Shown: piece by piece, positions 62,078 to 64,000 of the stretch | How the letters are laid out: the number at the start of each line of letters is the position of its first letter | Numbering within the stretch: position 1 is the stretch's first letter | Assembly: GCA_902780785.1 (NCBI GenBank) | Contig: CACZGS010000010.1 | Span: 44,363-108,362 of the forward strand | Source of the DNA: Oscillospiraceae bacterium | GTDB taxonomy: Bacteria; Bacillota; Clostridia; Saccharofermentanales; Saccharofermentanaceae | Direction: 5' to 3' | DNA length: 64,000 nt | Notes under the pieces: generated by a model | The model's database searches: none | Told to the model about the DNA's origin: nothing | The model's input: the letters and a program-made list of their open reading frames with translations, nothing else | Program-made: the position numbers and the translations under genes

Positions 62078-62410
62078 ATGGGAACCGGCGGTACTTCTAT
62101 GACTGATCAAAACAGGAAAATTAACAAGATGGCTTTGGCGGGTTTTATTCTTGTCCTGCTTTCTGTTACTCCCCTTGTGTTTTTTCGCTATTTCGTTGGA
62201 GAATGGTTTACCTGGGCGCTTTTATTTTCACTCGTCGTTTTATCACCTGTTGGATTGGTTCTATCAGTCATCGGACTAGTTCATTCCATAAAGAATAAAG
62301 AAAAAGGCAAGTTTTTTGCCATTACGGCAATAGTAATAAACTTCCTTGAAACAGCATTTATTATTTTTCTTTTTTTAGGTGCACTGTTTGTCGGAATGAG
62401 CAAAATCTGA
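62078..62410 (+). CDS. Small hypothetical membrane protein (3 predicted TM)
   Basis: 110 aa with hydrophobic segments LAGFILVLLSV, ALLFSLVVLSPVGLVLSVIGLV and ITAIVINFLETAFIIFLFLGALF. The start codon is uncertain. Confidence 0.55.
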   Translation: MGTGGTSMTDQNRKINKMALAGFILVLLSVTPLVFFRYFVGEWFTWALLFSLVVLSPVGLVLSVIGLVHSIKNKEKGKFFAITAIVINFLETAFIIFLFLGALFVGMSKI

Positions 62411-62446
62411 TGTCGTTAATGGAGATGTCGAAGCCAATAAAGATAT

Positions 62447-62546
62447 AATCCGACTGCAACAGTCGAGTACGAGTAATATCATTTGCTCGCTAAGGTCCTC
62501 CGCGCTTCGCTTGTGCGGAAATCGCTCGCAAACAATATTGCTCTCT
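62447..62546 (+). repeat. Duplicated guaA 3' end (30 nt) plus REP-like repeat copy 3
   Basis: AATCCGACTGCAACAGTCGAGTACGAGTAA (62447-62476) versus the guaA end AAGCCGACAGCAACAGTAGAGTACGAGTAA (61860-61889). The same REP element follows. Confidence 0.85.
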
Positions 62547-62566
62547 TGATTGAGAAATAAACTTTG

Positions 62567-62627
62567 AAAGCTCCTGATCAGTCAGGAGCTTTTTTATGCC
62601 GTTATTTCTTTTCATGGATGATATAAT
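62567..62627 (+). promoter_or_regulatory. Terminator-plus-promoter module B
   Basis: AAAGCTCCTGA pairs with TCAGGAGCTTT and is followed by TTTT, then GGATGATATAATTACCTTATC (TATAAT at 62622-62627). Confidence 0.6.
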
Positions 62628-62677
62628 TACCTTATCAGAAGGAACGTTAGTCAGGCTTTTTTATCGTTTGAGGCATT

Positions 62678-63349
62678 ATGAAACCTAGAATTATAGTTTC
62701 AATAGCACTGTGTTTAGTGTTCTTTTGGCTCTCTTGGGTTTATTTTGAATTCAAGTGGCGGTTGCTTCCTGGACATCCCGGACTTAACACATCATCTTTT
62801 GCTCCTTCAAAAGTTATAGAGGTTCCGGATGAAGAAGACATTATCGTTAAGGTCTATCCGCCAATCCCTGGTAATCTTATGGGTGGTAGTGACGAGAATA
62901 TTGAAACTGGTCTGAATAATATCAAGAAGGGGTGGATCATAGCTCAATATAACGGTAATTGCAGGCTGCTATTTGAGATCAATGATGCAGATATAGAGGA
63001 TTTCTATACATCCCCCACTAGTAATGGAAAGCACTATTACTATTCCGAGATAATTCCCAAGTCAAGACTCGAAGTAATTGATATAACGGCAAGACTAGAG
63101 GAAGATAAAACAAACCCATTTAACAATAACAAACGACCAATTTATACGGATTGTTGTATAGCTGAAGAAATACGCCGCTATGATATTAAGAGTTATGTAA
63201 TTCCGAGGCAAGTAATTCCGCGTTACGCAGTTGTAAATATCATATTCATTCTCATAGTAGTGGGAATAAACATCTTAATCCACAAATTTAAGTCAAGATC
63301 CAGGCTCAAGAAAAATGATTTTACGATTCATACCGACAGCAATAGTTGA
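62678..63349 (+). CDS. Hypothetical bitopic membrane protein
   Basis: 223 aa with an N-terminal TM (IIVSIALCLVFFWLSWVYF) and a C-terminal TM (AVVNIIFILIVVGINILI). A GAGG RBS is present. Confidence 0.6.
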   Translation: MKPRIIVSIALCLVFFWLSWVYFEFKWRLLPGHPGLNTSSFAPSKVIEVPDEEDIIVKVYPPIPGNLMGGSDENIETGLNNIKKGWIIAQYNGNCRLLFEINDADIEDFYTSPTSNGKHYYYSEIIPKSRLEVIDITARLEEDKTNPFNNNKRPIYTDCCIAEEIRRYDIKSYVIPRQVIPRYAVVNIIFILIVVGINILIHKFKSRSRLKKNDFTIHTDSNS

Positions 63350-63362
63350 GAAATAATCTTTG

Positions 63363-63424
63363 AAAGCTCCTGAATCAGTCAGGAGCTTTTTTATACCAGG
63401 AATTCTTTGCCTGGATGATATAAT
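63363..63424 (+). promoter_or_regulatory. Terminator-plus-promoter module C
   Basis: AAAGCTCCTGA pairs with TCAGGAGCTTT and is followed by TTTT, then GGATGATATAATTACCTTGTC (TATAAT at 63419-63424). It is nearly identical to module B. Confidence 0.6.
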
Positions 63425-63769
63425 TACCTTGTCTGAGTGATTCCTTAGTACAGAAAATACACAGGATAACTAGCTAAAAATGAAAAACTGTGGAAATTGA
63501 TTTACTGAAAAAACTGATGTCATTTTTCGCTGAAGGGAAGCCATACTAACCGGTTATTTTGATGCAGCTTGCCTGCTGTTTGACAAACGTGAAAAGAAAC
63601 CGGAATGGAAGATCTGAAATTGATTGACGACTTTATGGAATGGGATATCAAGAATTTAAGTGCATAAATTAATGAGGGGGGATTGTTATGAAAGAAATAG
63701 AGTTGGGAGTTTATGAAACCGCTATGCTTGATCAGTCTTTGATATAAAACAAAAGGGATAAAGAAATAG

Positions 63770-64000
63770 ATGATTGCAAGATGTAGTAATTGTGCGGGCA
63801 GGCTGGTTTTCGATCCCGGAACACAAAGACTTGTATGTGACAAGTGCGGGAGCAGATTTAAGCCTGAGGAATTCAATATTTCCGATAATGATCCCGTTTG
63901 GGATAAACGGCCCAGTTCCATGAATGAGATACTCGGAACGGATTCCGAAGAATACATGGACTGCTATGTGTATACCTGTTCGAGCTGTGGCGGTGAGATC
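63770..64000 (+). CDS. Zinc-ribbon protein, N-terminal part (runs off the window)
   Basis: Hand translation gives MIARCSNCAGRLVFDPGTQRLVCDKCGSRFKPEEF...CYVYTCSSCGGEI, with two CxxC...CxxC ribbons. It is absent from the track because it is open at the window end. Confidence 0.6.
   Translation, partial: MIARCSNCAGRLVFDPGTQRLVCDKCGSRFKPEEFNISDNDPVWDKRPSSMNEILGTDSEEYMDCYVYTCSSCGGEI

Noticed and set aside
63520-63957. A 145-aa minus-strand ORF at the window end.
   Set aside because: It overlaps the plus-strand zinc-ribbon ORF, which has clear CxxC pairs and an RBS-like GGGATAAAG. The minus-strand translation is Ser/Leu-rich with no motif.

Overview
This is a 64-kb chromosomal segment from a Gram-positive anaerobe. 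I assign it to the Clostridia from four features: a SCIFF peptide with its radical-SAM maturase, SRP-RNA-dnaX-ybaB-recR synteny, sortase pili, and ferredoxin-type indolepyruvate oxidoreductase.

Core content, in order:
- a truncated MalK/MsmK-like sugar ABC ATPase
- an argC-argB-argD-argF operon ending in a translationally coupled GNAT gene (no argJ), preceded by ARG-box-like palindromes
- ispE, veg and fhs
- a membrane-anchored class-A-beta-lactamase-fold protein whose catalytic motifs look degenerate
- small SRP RNA, dnaX, ybaB, recR, an S4-domain gene and a divIC-like gene
- a HI0933-type flavoprotein
- a PLP decarboxylase, the unannotated 48-aa SCIFF precursor and its maturase
- MBL, GNAT, HAD and NUDIX housekeeping genes
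- a heterodimeric ABC exporter with one degenerate ATP site
- an acyl-CoA synthetase and a sodium:solute symporter
- an iorA-iorB-thioesterase-paaK-ACT operon
- pyk, and a stand-alone ATP-pyrophosphatase-only GMP synthase

The most interesting region is an accessory block at about 17.5-32.8 kb. It holds a blaI/blaR1-type repressor and M56 sensor-protease pair. The extracellular sensor domain is not PBP-like by eye. It is instead a paralog of a roughly 230-aa domain that is repeated twice in each of two lipoproteins.

Both lipoprotein genes sit behind near-identical 170-bp promoter cassettes. Each cassette carries three perfect TTCTACAnnnnTGTAGAA palindromes around a TTGACA-17-TAGAAT promoter, and the same design precedes blaI. 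These two cassettes flank a six-gene sortase-pilus operon as direct repeats.

Further oddities:
- a MalFG-like permease pair with N-terminal extensions, fused in an apparent operon to a HlyD-type adaptor, a MacB-periplasmic-domain-only protein and two tandemly duplicated transglutaminase-like lipoproteins, with no ATPase or binding protein
- a duplication of the guaA 3' end followed by an array of terminator-plus-promoter modules driving small membrane-protein genes
- a REP-like repeat that abuts stop codons
- a candidate C-rich sRNA
- an iteron-like repeat field

All calls come from reading the sequence and motifs by eye. No database search was run.
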